From: Dehalococcoidia bacterium
GTDB lineage: Bacteria > Chloroflexota > Dehalococcoidia > Dehalococcoidales > G020351185
NCBI GenBank assembly: GCA_020351185.1
Contig: CP070729.1
Span: 1,314,077-1,363,061, forward strand
Length of the DNA: 48,985 bases
Reading direction: 5' to 3'
The position numbers and the translations under genes are program-made. A model generated the notes under the pieces. The model was not told where the DNA came from. It saw only the letters and a list, made by a program, of their open reading frames with translations, and made no database searches. Of this stretch, positions 1 through 10,113 are shown in pieces; positions within the stretch are counted from its first letter, which is position 1, and each line of letters opens with the position of its first letter.

Positions 1-225
1 TGCTGCGGTGGTGGTGGTGGACTTGTAGCCCAACCAGATATGGACAACCTAAGAATCGAAACAGGAGAAAAAAAGGTAGAGCAGATAAAAAACACAGGTG
101 CTGAGATTGTGGTTAGCCCCTGTGAAAACTGCCGTTTGCAGCTAGATTCATTGAATGAAAAATACACTCTGGGTATAAAAATAACCTCCATGATGGATCT
201 TGTAGCCGATGCTGTAACTAGTTAA
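1..225 (+). CDS. C-terminal fragment of a CCG (cysteine-rich) domain Fe-S oxidoreductase subunit (HdrB/GlcF/LutA-like); 5' end lies outside the window
   Basis: The frame is open from base 1. It reads CCGGGGG...SPCENCRLQL, the CCG-domain cysteine pattern, and ends at TAA 223-225. Confidence 0.5.
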   Translation, partial: CCGGGGGLVAQPDMDNLRIETGEKKVEQIKNTGAEIVVSPCENCRLQLDSLNEKYTLGIKITSMMDLVADAVTS

Positions 226-321
226 TATGTTACGAAAAATATAATAAATTAAGAAGGACGTGGTAAATCATTTGATATCTGACCGGATTTTTGATAAATA
301 CCAGCAATCGGAGGTGTTTCC

Positions 322-549
322 GTGAAAGCTACCCAAGTTCAAGCAGCAGAGTTTTTGGAGATTCATAATAGATATCGCAGGGTAAATGAAAGAATGCTAA
401 TCTTGCAGGCATCAGTGGCTGAGGGTATGCGCAAGATAGGGGAAGGTTGCACAACTGAGGAAGTAAAAGCGGAGTTTGTTTCTCTTAAAGAGGAGATTGA
501 ACAGATCCTGTCTAGAATGATGGAAATCTGCGAATCTATGAATAGATAA
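322..549 (+). CDS. hypothetical small helical protein (75 aa)
   Basis: GTG start preceded by GGAGG 7 nt upstream. No recognisable family. Confidence 0.35.
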   Translation: MKATQVQAAEFLEIHNRYRRVNERMLILQASVAEGMRKIGEGCTTEEVKAEFVSLKEEIEQILSRMMEICESMNR

Positions 550-586
550 ATTCATATCATCGTTTCAATATAGTTTATATACGGTT

Positions 587-1099
587 ATGACAAGAGTAAA
601 AGCTTTTCTTAACAGTGGCGAATTGACTCTGGCATTGCGATTGTTGATAGCCGCATTAGTTCTTTACGCAGCCATTCCTAAATTCGCTGATATTGAGAAA
701 TATTCGGTATTTATGCTTTATAGTTATCAATTCCCTTGGCTCATGCCGGATATGGCCCACACTCGTATCTTGGGTTATATTGCACCTTATATAGAAACAC
801 TCATAGGACTTGGTCTGATAACAGGTGTTCTTACCAGACTATCCGCAGTCGGTTGGGGGCTTATGTCTCTGGTGTATATTGTAGTAAAAGTTCAAGTAAT
901 ATTTATTCAGGGGAGAATAATCCCCTGTGGTTGTTTTCCCGGTCCACTATCTGAAATGCTAATGACACAATCAGTATTAATTGATATCGTGTCGTTGCTA
1001 GCGTGTACTCAGATTATTTTGGCTAAGGGACGGAAGTTTTTTACCCTTGGATCACTACTGCCAGAAAACTGGCAGTATAGATTGCGCTATATCTGGTAA
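587..1099 (+). CDS. MauE/DoxX-family integral membrane protein
   Basis: 170 aa with about 4 TM segments and a PCGCF motif typical of MauE/DoxX-like proteins. Confidence 0.5.
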   Translation: MTRVKAFLNSGELTLALRLLIAALVLYAAIPKFADIEKYSVFMLYSYQFPWLMPDMAHTRILGYIAPYIETLIGLGLITGVLTRLSAVGWGLMSLVYIVVKVQVIFIQGRIIPCGCFPGPLSEMLMTQSVLIDIVSLLACTQIILAKGRKFFTLGSLLPENWQYRLRYIW

Positions 1100-1203
1100 T
1101 TGCTATAATTTAAACGGAATACAAATATATAAGAATATATAATGTTTACCAGTATCTTTATAAGTAGATCAAACTTTAATGGCGCTATTGATTAGACAAA
1201 TTC

Positions 1204-2016
1204 CTATTCCTCTTGCTTTTCCACTTTCGGTGTTTCGTTAGATTTTAAAAACCGTACTCGGTTATATATTAGCAGACCAATGGCTATTACGAGTACAATG
1301 ATGCCTATAAATTGTGCTTGATGCAAACCCAAGAGGAATGGCTCATTAATCCTCAGGAAGCCGATACTAAAACGCCAAAGCGAATAGCTACTGAGGTAGA
1401 CAAGGAATAGCGAACCATCTGGTTTGAGTCTACCTTTTAGTAGCATAATAATACCGAACAGAAACAACAAGAACATGATTTCGTAAAGCTGTGTTGGGTG
1501 AACGGGTATATTCGTTATTTCGGCAGCGCAACTGGGATGTGTATAGGTTATACCCCAAGGTAGGGATGTTGGTGCCTCTGGGCCGTGACAACAGCCATTT
1601 AGGAAACAGCCCAACCTCCCTATTATCTGGGCTAATATAATGCCGGGTGCCACCAAATCGGTGCCAAAGCCGTAATTAAAAGGTCTGAAGCGGCTATAAA
1701 TCCAGGTTCCCAAAACTGCACCTAGGATAGCGCCGTAAATGGTAAGCCCTTCTCCGCCGATTATCTGACCAAGGTTCTGGCTGTAATACTCCCACTTATC
1801 GATTACATGTATCAGTCGAGCGAATATTATACCCGACGGTATTCCCACTATGGCAAGTGCTAGAATCCTGTCAGAGGGGAAACCGGGCCAATGCTTTCTT
1901 ACTTGCCAAAAGGTCCATAGTACGAGGACAAAAACCCCCAGTGCAATCATCAAACCGTACCATCTGATTTCGAGAGAACCGATGGTAAAGGCTATAGGGT
2001 CTATATTTATCTCCAT
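1204..2016 (-). CDS. lgt: prolipoprotein diacylglyceryl transferase
   Basis: Polytopic protein with the GRLGCFLNGCCHG motif. The ATG at 2016 has GGAGAG upstream and avoids overlap with the upstream helicase; the ORF track started at 2055. Confidence 0.85.
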   Translation of the reverse strand: MEINIDPIAFTIGSLEIRWYGLMIALGVFVLVLWTFWQVRKHWPGFPSDRILALAIVGIPSGIIFARLIHVIDKWEYYSQNLGQIIGGEGLTIYGAILGAVLGTWIYSRFRPFNYGFGTDLVAPGIILAQIIGRLGCFLNGCCHGPEAPTSLPWGITYTHPSCAAEITNIPVHPTQLYEIMFLLFLFGIIMLLKGRLKPDGSLFLVYLSSYSLWRFSIGFLRINEPFLLGLHQAQFIGIIVLVIAIGLLIYNRVRFLKSNETPKVEKQEE

Positions 2017-2035
2017 AATCTTCTCTCCGATCTTT

Positions 2036-4339
2036 CTAAAATACAAGCCCTTCAAGAATCAATCGGGCTGCTTTTTTGTCCAGTGGTTCATTGTTATTAC
2101 CACATTTGGGGGATTGGATGCAGCTGGGACATCCCTCGTCGCAAGGGCAATCTGCAATAATAGCAAGCGTTGCCTGCCATAGCTGCTGTATCAGATTATA
2201 TCCCTTTTCGGCGATACCAATACCACCGGGATAACCATCATAGATGAACACCTGGGGTTTACCTGAATCGGGGTGAAAGGGAGTGGAAACACCACCAATG
2301 TCATTGCGGTCACACATAGCGAATAGAGGCAACATGGCTATGGAAGCATGTTCGGTGGCATGTAAGCCACCGGCAAGATCAAGGTTTGCTCTGGCAAGTG
2401 AGGATATAACATCTTTCGGTAAGTCAAACCACAGGGCTATAGTGGGGAACTGGTGTGGGGGTAAATCTAGAGCCTCTTCACCGACTACCTCTTCAGTAAA
2501 GAGCGCCTTCTTTCTAAAGCTTACTATGGCGGTGGTGACCTCAACCTGACCTAGGTATACTTTTAAACGATTGAGCTTTTTCCTGTTGATGGTTTTTATG
2601 ATGCGTAAATCGGTTAAGTCCTTGGCAACAGTATAATAGGGAACTTTTACCAGTTTAGCATAGGCGGTTTTGCTGGTTAGGTCAAGACAATCCACCAGAT
2701 ACGATTCGCCTTGGTGAAGATAGATAGCACCAGGATGTAGTTGAAAAAGAGCAGTGTTTATCTCGACTGTCTCTAAAGGTAGATTCGTCATGCTGTTGAT
2801 AAGGGTGATTTTATCACTGGACGTAGCGCGTATGTTTATATCCTGTGCTGGGTAGGAAATAGATGTCGAAAGATATAGGCGGTTGTGTCTTTGTTTCAGA
2901 GCTCCTTGTTTTACAAGTATCTCAGTTTTTTCTGTTAATTCGTTACCAAAGAATTTTTCATCTGCAGTCGACAATGGTAGCTCCCAGGCAGCGCATAGTA
3001 AATGAGACCGCAATATGTAAGGATTCTGCTGGTTGATAATAGCGTTCTCGAAGCTTTTACTAAAAAAGAATTCCGGGTGATGCATCAGATACTGATCAAG
3101 CGGATTATCAACAGCGATTAAGATACTAAGGGAATTGTCATTACGTCGACCACTCCTACCTGCCTGCTGCCAGGTGCTGGCGATTGTTCCTGGATAGCCG
3201 GTAAGAATAGTCGCCTCAAGATCACCGACATCAATGCCTAACTCTAGTGCGTTGGTAGCTACCGCTCCGTTGAGTTTACCGCTAAAGAGCTCGTGCTCAA
3301 TAAGACGCCTTTCCTCCGGTAGATAGCCTGCCCGATATGCTTTTATTTTGTTTGCATGAGATGGGCTTGTTTCGTTTAACCTCTTCTTTGAATAACTAGC
3401 AATGAGCTCGGCAAGCCGGCGAGTACGACTAAAAGTAAGGGTACGGATATTATTGCTAACAAGTTCGGAAAACAATGCGGAGGCTTCACTGTTAGCACTA
3501 CGTCTTATGCTCTTAGCATCGTCGATTGTTGGTGGATTCCAAAAAATAAAATCTTTACTGCCCTTTGGTGAGCCGTCCTTATCCACCAGGTGGAAAGGGA
3601 GACCAACCAGCTCCTCGGCATGTTCCTGTGGATTATTAATTGTAGCTGAGCAACAGATAAAGAGGGGACTAGAACCGTAAAGAAGGCACAAACGACGGAG
3701 GCGACGTATTACCATTGCTACATGGGAACCGAAAACACCTCGATAGCTATGAGTTTCATCTATTACCACAAATTCTAAATGCCGCAATAACCTTGACCAA
3801 GAACGATGATTAGGCAATATGCCTAAATGTATCATATCGGGATTGGAGAGCACCAATTTGGCATTTTTTCTTATGGTTGAACGTTCTGATAATGGAGTGT
3901 CACCGTCAAAGGTGGCCACTTGTTCATAACGAACCAAATGAGGACAGAAAGTATCAGTAAAAGATCGAAGCTGGTCCTGTGCTAAAGCTTTAGTAGGGAA
4001 GAGGTAGATAGCACAACTTCTAGAATAAATAAGTAGCCTTTCTATTATAGGTATGTTATAGCAAAGACTCTTGCCACTTGCGCTCGATGTGGCAATTATA
4101 ACGTTATTACCATGGCGTGTGTGATTAATGGCTTGAGCCTGATGAGAGTAAAGGGGCAGTAATCCTTTTTCTTTAAGGCTTTTTTCTAAGGTATACGGTA
4201 GGGGATTTTCAAGATCAGCATAACTCGCATAGCGAGAAGAAATATGCTCGATATGAGCGATTTGGTTATCGTACTCATGTTCAAATGTCATTTGGTTAAC
4301 AAAGGTTGAGATATCCACCAAAGTTTCTCCGGCTAGCAT
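2036..4339 (-). CDS. DEAD/DEAH-box helicase with C-terminal DUF1998 Cys4 domain (YprA/MrfA-like)
   Basis: Walker A SSASGKS, a DETH box, helicase C motifs (QQAGRSGRR) and a terminal CPCDEGCPSCIQSPKCGNNN zinc cluster. Confidence 0.85.
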   Translation of the reverse strand: MLAGETLVDISTFVNQMTFEHEYDNQIAHIEHISSRYASYADLENPLPYTLEKSLKEKGLLPLYSHQAQAINHTRHGNNVIIATSSASGKSLCYNIPIIERLLIYSRSCAIYLFPTKALAQDQLRSFTDTFCPHLVRYEQVATFDGDTPLSERSTIRKNAKLVLSNPDMIHLGILPNHRSWSRLLRHLEFVVIDETHSYRGVFGSHVAMVIRRLRRLCLLYGSSPLFICCSATINNPQEHAEELVGLPFHLVDKDGSPKGSKDFIFWNPPTIDDAKSIRRSANSEASALFSELVSNNIRTLTFSRTRRLAELIASYSKKRLNETSPSHANKIKAYRAGYLPEERRLIEHELFSGKLNGAVATNALELGIDVGDLEATILTGYPGTIASTWQQAGRSGRRNDNSLSILIAVDNPLDQYLMHHPEFFFSKSFENAIINQQNPYILRSHLLCAAWELPLSTADEKFFGNELTEKTEILVKQGALKQRHNRLYLSTSISYPAQDINIRATSSDKITLINSMTNLPLETVEINTALFQLHPGAIYLHQGESYLVDCLDLTSKTAYAKLVKVPYYTVAKDLTDLRIIKTINRKKLNRLKVYLGQVEVTTAIVSFRKKALFTEEVVGEEALDLPPHQFPTIALWFDLPKDVISSLARANLDLAGGLHATEHASIAMLPLFAMCDRNDIGGVSTPFHPDSGKPQVFIYDGYPGGIGIAEKGYNLIQQLWQATLAIIADCPCDEGCPSCIQSPKCGNNNEPLDKKAARLILEGLVF

Positions 4340-4623
4340 GGTATGATTTCAGTTTCGTAATCGAGTATCTCAACCTCAAAACGCCCGGCTGTTATGAAGT
4401 TCATCAAATTCGCAAACATTTCATTTATATGCCGACTATTATTACTTATAGAGCAGACACCTATCGTTGCTATTTGCCACAACTGATTATCGTCAACTTC
4501 GGCGACAGCGATATTGAACTTGTTCCCAAGTTGGCTTACTATGGATTTAAGTACTCTCCTCTTGCCCTTAAGGGACATATTTTCCGCTATGCGAAGCTTT
4601 ATTTTACATACACCTACAATCAT
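4333..4623 (-). CDS. DUF503 (YlxP-like) protein
   Basis: MIVGVCKIKL...SLKGKRRVLKSI...NIAVAEVD...LWQ matches the DUF503 pattern. Confidence 0.8.
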   Translation of the reverse strand: MIVGVCKIKLRIAENMSLKGKRRVLKSIVSQLGNKFNIAVAEVDDNQLWQIATIGVCSISNNSRHINEMFANLMNFITAGRFEVEILDYETEIIPC

Positions 4624-4819
4624 AATATATAAAATTCAGTTATTGATATTTTACCCTGTGATATCTCACTTGGGGGATTAAAAACAATGTATTAAGAAAA
4701 GAAACTTACCAGTATTATAATTCCAATATAGAATATTTCATTTGCCAAGTCAAGGCTAGCTATATTTACAAAAAAGGATTACAGTTGGTGATTAAACAAA
4801 TATTATGATATAAAAACGT

Positions 4820-4848
4820 TTTACACTCACAGGCACTTATGCTATAAT
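4820..4848 (+). promoter_or_regulatory. putative sigma-70 promoter of rpsO-pnp
   Basis: TTTACA, 17 nt spacer, TATAAT, located 30 nt upstream of the rpsO start. Confidence 0.35.
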
Positions 4849-4877
4849 CGGCTGGATAGATAGTACAGGAGTTCAAT

Positions 4878-5141
4878 TTGGAGAAACAAAAAAAGGCAAG
4901 CATAATAGAAAAATATAAAACCCACGACGGGGATACAGGCTCTACTGAAATCCAGATTGCCATATTGACAGAAAGGATTAACCAGTTAACCGGTCATATG
5001 GCAGCTAATAGCCATGATTTCCATACAAAACGTAGCTTGCTCAAACTGATTGGCCAACGTAGACGTTTACTCGTTTATTTAAACAAACAAGATGTCAGCC
5101 GCTACAAAAAGCTCATCAAAAGCCTCGGTCTCCGTAAGTAA
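4878..5141 (+). CDS. rpsO: 30S ribosomal protein S15
   Basis: TTG start. DTGSTEIQIA...HDFHTKRSLLKLIGQRRRLL is the canonical S15 sequence. Confidence 0.9.
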   Translation: MEKQKKASIIEKYKTHDGDTGSTEIQIAILTERINQLTGHMAANSHDFHTKRSLLKLIGQRRRLLVYLNKQDVSRYKKLIKSLGLRK

Positions 5142-5176
5142 TCCCTCTATCGTTAATAAACAACAAGGAGCAAGCA

Positions 5177-7378
5177 TTGACAGTACCCCATTCTTTTAAC
5201 TGCACCATTAGTGGTAGGAAATTAACTATAGAAACGGGAAAGTTCGCGAATCAAGCTAACGCAGCGGTCACCGTTCGATATGGAGATAGCGTTGTTTTGG
5301 TAACAGCATGTGTCAGCCCACAGCCAAGGGAGGGAGTAGATTTTTTACCCTTAACTGTTGATTACGAAGAAAGATTATACGCTGCTGGAAAGATACCAGG
5401 TGGTTTTATTCGACGAGAAGGTAGACCCAGCGAGGAGGCGACTCTTACCAGCCGCCTTACCGACAGACCACTACGTCCGCTGCTACCTAAACATTGGCGC
5501 CGTGAAATCCAACTTGTAATTACCGTACTTTCTGCAGACCGTGAGAACGATCCAGATGTTCTATCCATCATTGGTGGTTCGGCTGCTCTATCGATATCGG
5601 AGATTCCTTTTTATGGACCAGTCGGTGCCGTTCATGTTGGTTATATTAATGGTGAAATTGTATTGAATCCAACGATGCCACAAATGGAAGAAAGTGCACT
5701 TAATCTGGTAGTCGTGAGCACTAAAGATACGGTGGTAATGTTGGAAGCTGCTGCTAACAATGTCAGTGATGAGGTTGTTAACCAGGCGATAGAATTTGGC
5801 CATAACGCCAATCGACAGCTTATTGACCTTCAAGAAGATATGAGAAAGGTTTGTGGTAAGCCTAAAGATGAAGTTCCCATTTTTGAAGTCTCACCGGAAC
5901 TTAAATCCGCAGTATCCGCTGTAGTAGAAAAGAAATTGACTAAAGCCTTGAAACAATCTGTAAAAAATCACCGCGAGGAAGCATTGAGTGAAATAAGGCA
6001 GGAGCTTGTAAATAGTCTAGGAGATTCATATTCTGAAGATGATATCCTTAATTATCTTGACAATCTTATTAAAGAAAAAATAAGAAAGACTATTTTAGTG
6101 AAGGGTGAAAGAGTAAGTGGGCGCAGTCTGGATCAAGTGCGGCCTATAGATTGCGAGGTGGGGCTATTACCACGTGTACATGGATCAGCCCTATTCACCC
6201 GCGGCGAAACACAGGTATTGACAATTACCACGCTTGGATCCATAAAAAAAGAGCAGCTGCTAGACGGACTAGGGATAGAAGAAACCAAAAGGTTTATGCA
6301 TCACTACAATTTTCCACCCTTTTCCACCGGTGAAGTAAAACGGGTCGGCACCCCCAGCCGACGGTCCATCGGTCATGGAGCGCTGGCAGAACGGGCTCTA
6401 ATACCGGTAATGCCACCAGACAACGATTTTCCTTACACCATACGCCTAGTATCAGAAGTATTAAGCTCCAGTGGCAGTACATCAATGGCAAGTGCCTGTG
6501 CTTCCAGTTTATCGCTAATGGATGCAGGGATTCCATTAAAAACGCCAGTAGCTGGCATATCTATTGGGCTTGTTACCGGGGAAAATGGAGAATATGCCCT
6601 TCTAACAGATATTGAGGGCCTGGAAGATAATTATGGCGATATGGACTTCAAGGTTGCTGGGACAGAACAAGGTATTACTGCCATACAGATGGATACAAAA
6701 ATAAAGGGCTTAAGTTTGGAAATAATTGGGAAGACGTTAGTTCAAGCTAATCAAGCTCGTTTGTTGATATTGAAAGAAATGAGCAAGGCAATAAGTACTA
6801 GCCGGTCGGAGATGAGCCAGTATGCACCACGAATGTATAAATTAGAATTACCACAAGATAAGGTCGGATCTGTTATTGGCCCTGGAGGCAAAACTATCAG
6901 GTCAATTATTGAAGAGACTAATACCACTGTGGATATCAACAATGATGGGATTGCCTTTATTGGTTCAACCGATGCCGAATCCGCCAAGAAAGCCATAAAA
7001 ATGATAGAAAACCTGATAAGGGATGTTGAAGTTGGCTCTATTTATACAGGAAAAGTAACCCGTATAATGACTTTTGGTGCATTTGTTGAAATCCTACCAG
7101 GTAAGGAAGGATTGGTTCATATAAGCGAGTTAGCTGACTACAGAGTTGATAGAGTTGAAGATGTAGTTAAGGTGGGTGATGAAATTACAGTTAAAGTAAC
7201 CGAAATCGACGGTCAGGGTAGAATTAATCTTTCGAGGCAAGCTGTATTTGAAAAGACAACCGCTTCAACGGCGGGCATGAGAACGGGATATTCAACCGAC
7301 AGACAATATAAAAAGAAGCGCGATTTTCGATCTCAGCACCGCCAACGACCCACAGAAAGTAAGCGACGTCATTCATAA
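5177..7378 (+). CDS. pnp: polyribonucleotide nucleotidyltransferase (PNPase)
   Basis: Two RNase PH domains followed by KH and S1 domains. Located just downstream of rpsO. Confidence 0.95.
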   Translation: MTVPHSFNCTISGRKLTIETGKFANQANAAVTVRYGDSVVLVTACVSPQPREGVDFLPLTVDYEERLYAAGKIPGGFIRREGRPSEEATLTSRLTDRPLRPLLPKHWRREIQLVITVLSADRENDPDVLSIIGGSAALSISEIPFYGPVGAVHVGYINGEIVLNPTMPQMEESALNLVVVSTKDTVVMLEAAANNVSDEVVNQAIEFGHNANRQLIDLQEDMRKVCGKPKDEVPIFEVSPELKSAVSAVVEKKLTKALKQSVKNHREEALSEIRQELVNSLGDSYSEDDILNYLDNLIKEKIRKTILVKGERVSGRSLDQVRPIDCEVGLLPRVHGSALFTRGETQVLTITTLGSIKKEQLLDGLGIEETKRFMHHYNFPPFSTGEVKRVGTPSRRSIGHGALAERALIPVMPPDNDFPYTIRLVSEVLSSSGSTSMASACASSLSLMDAGIPLKTPVAGISIGLVTGENGEYALLTDIEGLEDNYGDMDFKVAGTEQGITAIQMDTKIKGLSLEIIGKTLVQANQARLLILKEMSKAISTSRSEMSQYAPRMYKLELPQDKVGSVIGPGGKTIRSIIEETNTTVDINNDGIAFIGSTDAESAKKAIKMIENLIRDVEVGSIYTGKVTRIMTFGAFVEILPGKEGLVHISELADYRVDRVEDVVKVGDEITVKVTEIDGQGRINLSRQAVFEKTTASTAGMRTGYSTDRQYKKKRDFRSQHRQRPTESKRRHS

Positions 7379-7394
7379 AAAGTAGGTTTAGGCG

Positions 7395-8195
7395 ATGATA
7401 CCCACAAAAGTGATAGTGCATGGTGTTTTAGGAAGGATGGGTCAAGAAGTTGTTCATGCTCTATGTCGTGAACCTGGATTGCAGTTAGTAGGAGCTGTTG
7501 ACATTCAGGCTGTAGCCAATAGAATACCATTACCCAATAGCAAGGATTCAGTATTATTATCATCTGATCTTGAGAAAGTAATTAAAGAATGCAAACCTGA
7601 TGTCATAATAGACTTCAGCACGGCGAAAGCAGTATTACCAGCGGTCAGCCTTGCGGTGAGGTATGGGACCAACATGGTAATCGGTACTACTGGGTTGCAA
7701 ACCGATGAACTTAGAACAATTGATAGTTTGGCTAAAGAGTACGGTGTCGGGGTGGTAGTTGCGTCAAATTTCGCTCTAGGAGCTGTGATGATGATACACC
7801 TTGCCAAAACTGCAGCTAAATACTTTGATTCAGCTGAAATCATAGAAAAGCACCACCATATGAAAGTCGATGCTCCTTCAGGTACTGCATTAACAACTGC
7901 CAAAGCCATGGCAGATACTAGAGGCAAACCATTCAACAGACCAATTAGTAAAGAACCATCAGTCAGCAGAGGACAGCAGATTGAGGGAATTGCCATACAT
8001 AGTGTACGATTACCCGGTATATTAGCAAACCAAGAAGTAATACTTAGCAGTCCAGGGCAAACGCTTAGCATAAAGCATGATACAGTGAACCGAGAGTGCT
8101 ATATGCCAGGAGTTATATTAGCCACAAAGGAAGTCAATGGGAAAAAAGGCTTAATATATGGTTTGGAAAAACTATTAGGATTAAAAGGTGTTTAG
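7395..8195 (+). CDS. dapB: 4-hydroxy-tetrahydrodipicolinate reductase
   Basis: GxxGRMG Rossmann motif, EKHHxxKxDAPSGTA motif, and position in a dapB-asd-dapA run. Confidence 0.9.
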   Translation: MIPTKVIVHGVLGRMGQEVVHALCREPGLQLVGAVDIQAVANRIPLPNSKDSVLLSSDLEKVIKECKPDVIIDFSTAKAVLPAVSLAVRYGTNMVIGTTGLQTDELRTIDSLAKEYGVGVVVASNFALGAVMMIHLAKTAAKYFDSAEIIEKHHHMKVDAPSGTALTTAKAMADTRGKPFNRPISKEPSVSRGQQIEGIAIHSVRLPGILANQEVILSSPGQTLSIKHDTVNRECYMPGVILATKEVNGKKGLIYGLEKLLGLKGV

Positions 8196-9221
8196 ATGAA
8201 GGGGTATAGAATAGCCATCGTCGGTGCAACCGGAATTGTGGGGCAACAGTTTGTCAGGGTATTAGAGCAACGTAATTTCCCCATCGATTCGATTGCACTA
8301 TTGGCTTCGGACCGTTCAGTAGGCAAAAAATTGTTTTTTTTACATAAAGAGATTGTAGTTGAAGAGACAACCCCAGAATCATTTAAAAACATAGATATTG
8401 CTCTGTTTTCTGCTGGCAGTGAAGTCAGTCGATATTTTACTCCCATAGCTGCTCAGTCGGGAGCAGTAGTTATTGATAATAGCTCTGCATTTAGAATGGA
8501 TCCAAAAGTACCCCTTGTTGTTCCAGAAATAAATCCGGAGGATATTCAAAAGCATAGAGGGATTATAGCCAATCCGAATTGCTCCACAATCCAGATGGTT
8601 GTGGCGCTATACCCTTTACATAAAGTTAATAAAATAAAACGGATCATAGTAACTACCTTTCAATCTGTGTCCGGTACTGGAACAGCGGCAATAGATGAAC
8701 TCACGTTACAATCAAAACAAGTATTGGATGGCCAGTCTGTTGTTCCCCATGTTTACCCACACCAGATAGCATTTAATGTACTACCGGAGATAGATGTTTT
8801 CCTTGACAATTCTTACACAAAAGAAGAGTGGAAAATGGTGGAAGAAACAAGGAAGATTATGCATGCAAATGATTTAGCCATATCCGCAACATGTGCCCGT
8901 GTACCAATTTTTATCGGGCATAGCGAAGCTATAAGCGTGGAGTTTTCGAAGGCGATGTCTCCTGAGGAAGCCCGTCGTATTTTAGCTAAAGGACGGGGAG
9001 TAAAACTGATAGATGACCCAACGATAAGTCTATATCCACAGCCGTGGTCAGTTGCTGGCACCGATGAGGTTTTTATTGGTCGTATTCGTCGTGATTCATC
9101 TCATGAAAATGGTCTTGTCATGTGGGTAGTGGCTGATAATATAAGAAAGGGAGCTGCCTTAAACGCTATTCAGATAGCAGAGGTTATGGTAAAAGAGGGA
9201 TGGCTCCGTTTTGGAGGCTAA
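8196..9221 (+). CDS. asd: aspartate-semialdehyde dehydrogenase
   Basis: GATGxVG N-terminus and the active-site NPNCSTI motif. Confidence 0.9.
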   Translation: MKGYRIAIVGATGIVGQQFVRVLEQRNFPIDSIALLASDRSVGKKLFFLHKEIVVEETTPESFKNIDIALFSAGSEVSRYFTPIAAQSGAVVIDNSSAFRMDPKVPLVVPEINPEDIQKHRGIIANPNCSTIQMVVALYPLHKVNKIKRIIVTTFQSVSGTGTAAIDELTLQSKQVLDGQSVVPHVYPHQIAFNVLPEIDVFLDNSYTKEEWKMVEETRKIMHANDLAISATCARVPIFIGHSEAISVEFSKAMSPEEARRILAKGRGVKLIDDPTISLYPQPWSVAGTDEVFIGRIRRDSSHENGLVMWVVADNIRKGAALNAIQIAEVMVKEGWLRFGG

Positions 9222-9222
9222 A

Positions 9223-10113
9223 ATGAAGGATTTGGGACGTTTAATAACAGCCATGGTAACCCCTTTTGACGAAGACGGCTCGGTTGATTATAGACAAGCA
9301 ATACGTTTGGCATTAGCGTTACTAAATTCGGGAAGTGATGGCTTAGTAATAGTAGGTACCACCGGTGAATCACCGACGCTGTTTCGCGATGAAGAACTTA
9401 AACTTTTTACTGATATTAAATCTGCTGTTGGCGAAAAGGGCACAATAATCGCCGGTACTGGGAGTAACAGCACTGCCGAGGCTGTTGAAGCCACGAAAGC
9501 AGCCGAGCAAACGGGTGTTGATGCTTGTCTACTAGTTGTTCCTTATTACAATAAGCCCACACAAGATAATTTGTATTGGCATTTTAAGGCCATTGCTGAG
9601 AGCACTAATCTTCCCTGTATACTCTATAACGTGCCATCCCGTACCGCTATTAGTCTTACTGCTGATACAGTCATTAGATTAAGCAATGTTGATAACATTG
9701 TTGGAATAAAAGAAGCCAGTGGTAATCTGAGTGAAATCTCTAAAGTTATCGAAAATACAGGTAGTGACTTTACCGTCTGGAGCGGCAACGATACTGATAC
9801 ATTACCCATTCTGGCGTTAGGTGGTTATGGGGTTATAAGCGTCGCCTCTCATATAGTCGGCAGGCAGATAAGAGAAATGATTTATAGCTATATAGATGGA
9901 GAAATAAAAAAAGCTGCTGATATACACCGACATCTTATGCCACTTATCAATGCCCTTTTTATAATAGCCAATCCTATGCCAGTGAAATACGCTCTAAACC
10001 ATATTGGTTTTAAGGTTGGCAACCCACGCCCACCTCTTTTCGAGCCGGATGAAACCGTGGCATCTGTTATTAGAGAATCCTTGAAAGAATATAAGATCGA
10101 TTTGGTTAACTAA
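9223..10113 (+). CDS. dapA: 4-hydroxy-tetrahydrodipicolinate synthase
   Basis: VTPF...GTTGES...YNVPSRT motifs. The ATG at 9223 has GGAGG upstream; the ORF track TTG at 9211 is less likely. Confidence 0.9.
   Translation: MKDLGRLITAMVTPFDEDGSVDYRQAIRLALALLNSGSDGLVIVGTTGESPTLFRDEELKLFTDIKSAVGEKGTIIAGTGSNSTAEAVEATKAAEQTGVDACLLVVPYYNKPTQDNLYWHFKAIAESTNLPCILYNVPSRTAISLTADTVIRLSNVDNIVGIKEASGNLSEISKVIENTGSDFTVWSGNDTDTLPILALGGYGVISVASHIVGRQIREMIYSYIDGEIKKAADIHRHLMPLINALFIIANPMPVKYALNHIGFKVGNPRPPLFEPDETVASVIRESLKEYKIDLVN

Noticed and set aside
4306-4632. 108-aa plus-strand ORF.
   Set aside because: It is antisense to the well-matched DUF503 gene.
7505-8071. 188-aa minus-strand ORF.
   Set aside because: It lies entirely antisense within dapB. 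No recognisable family.
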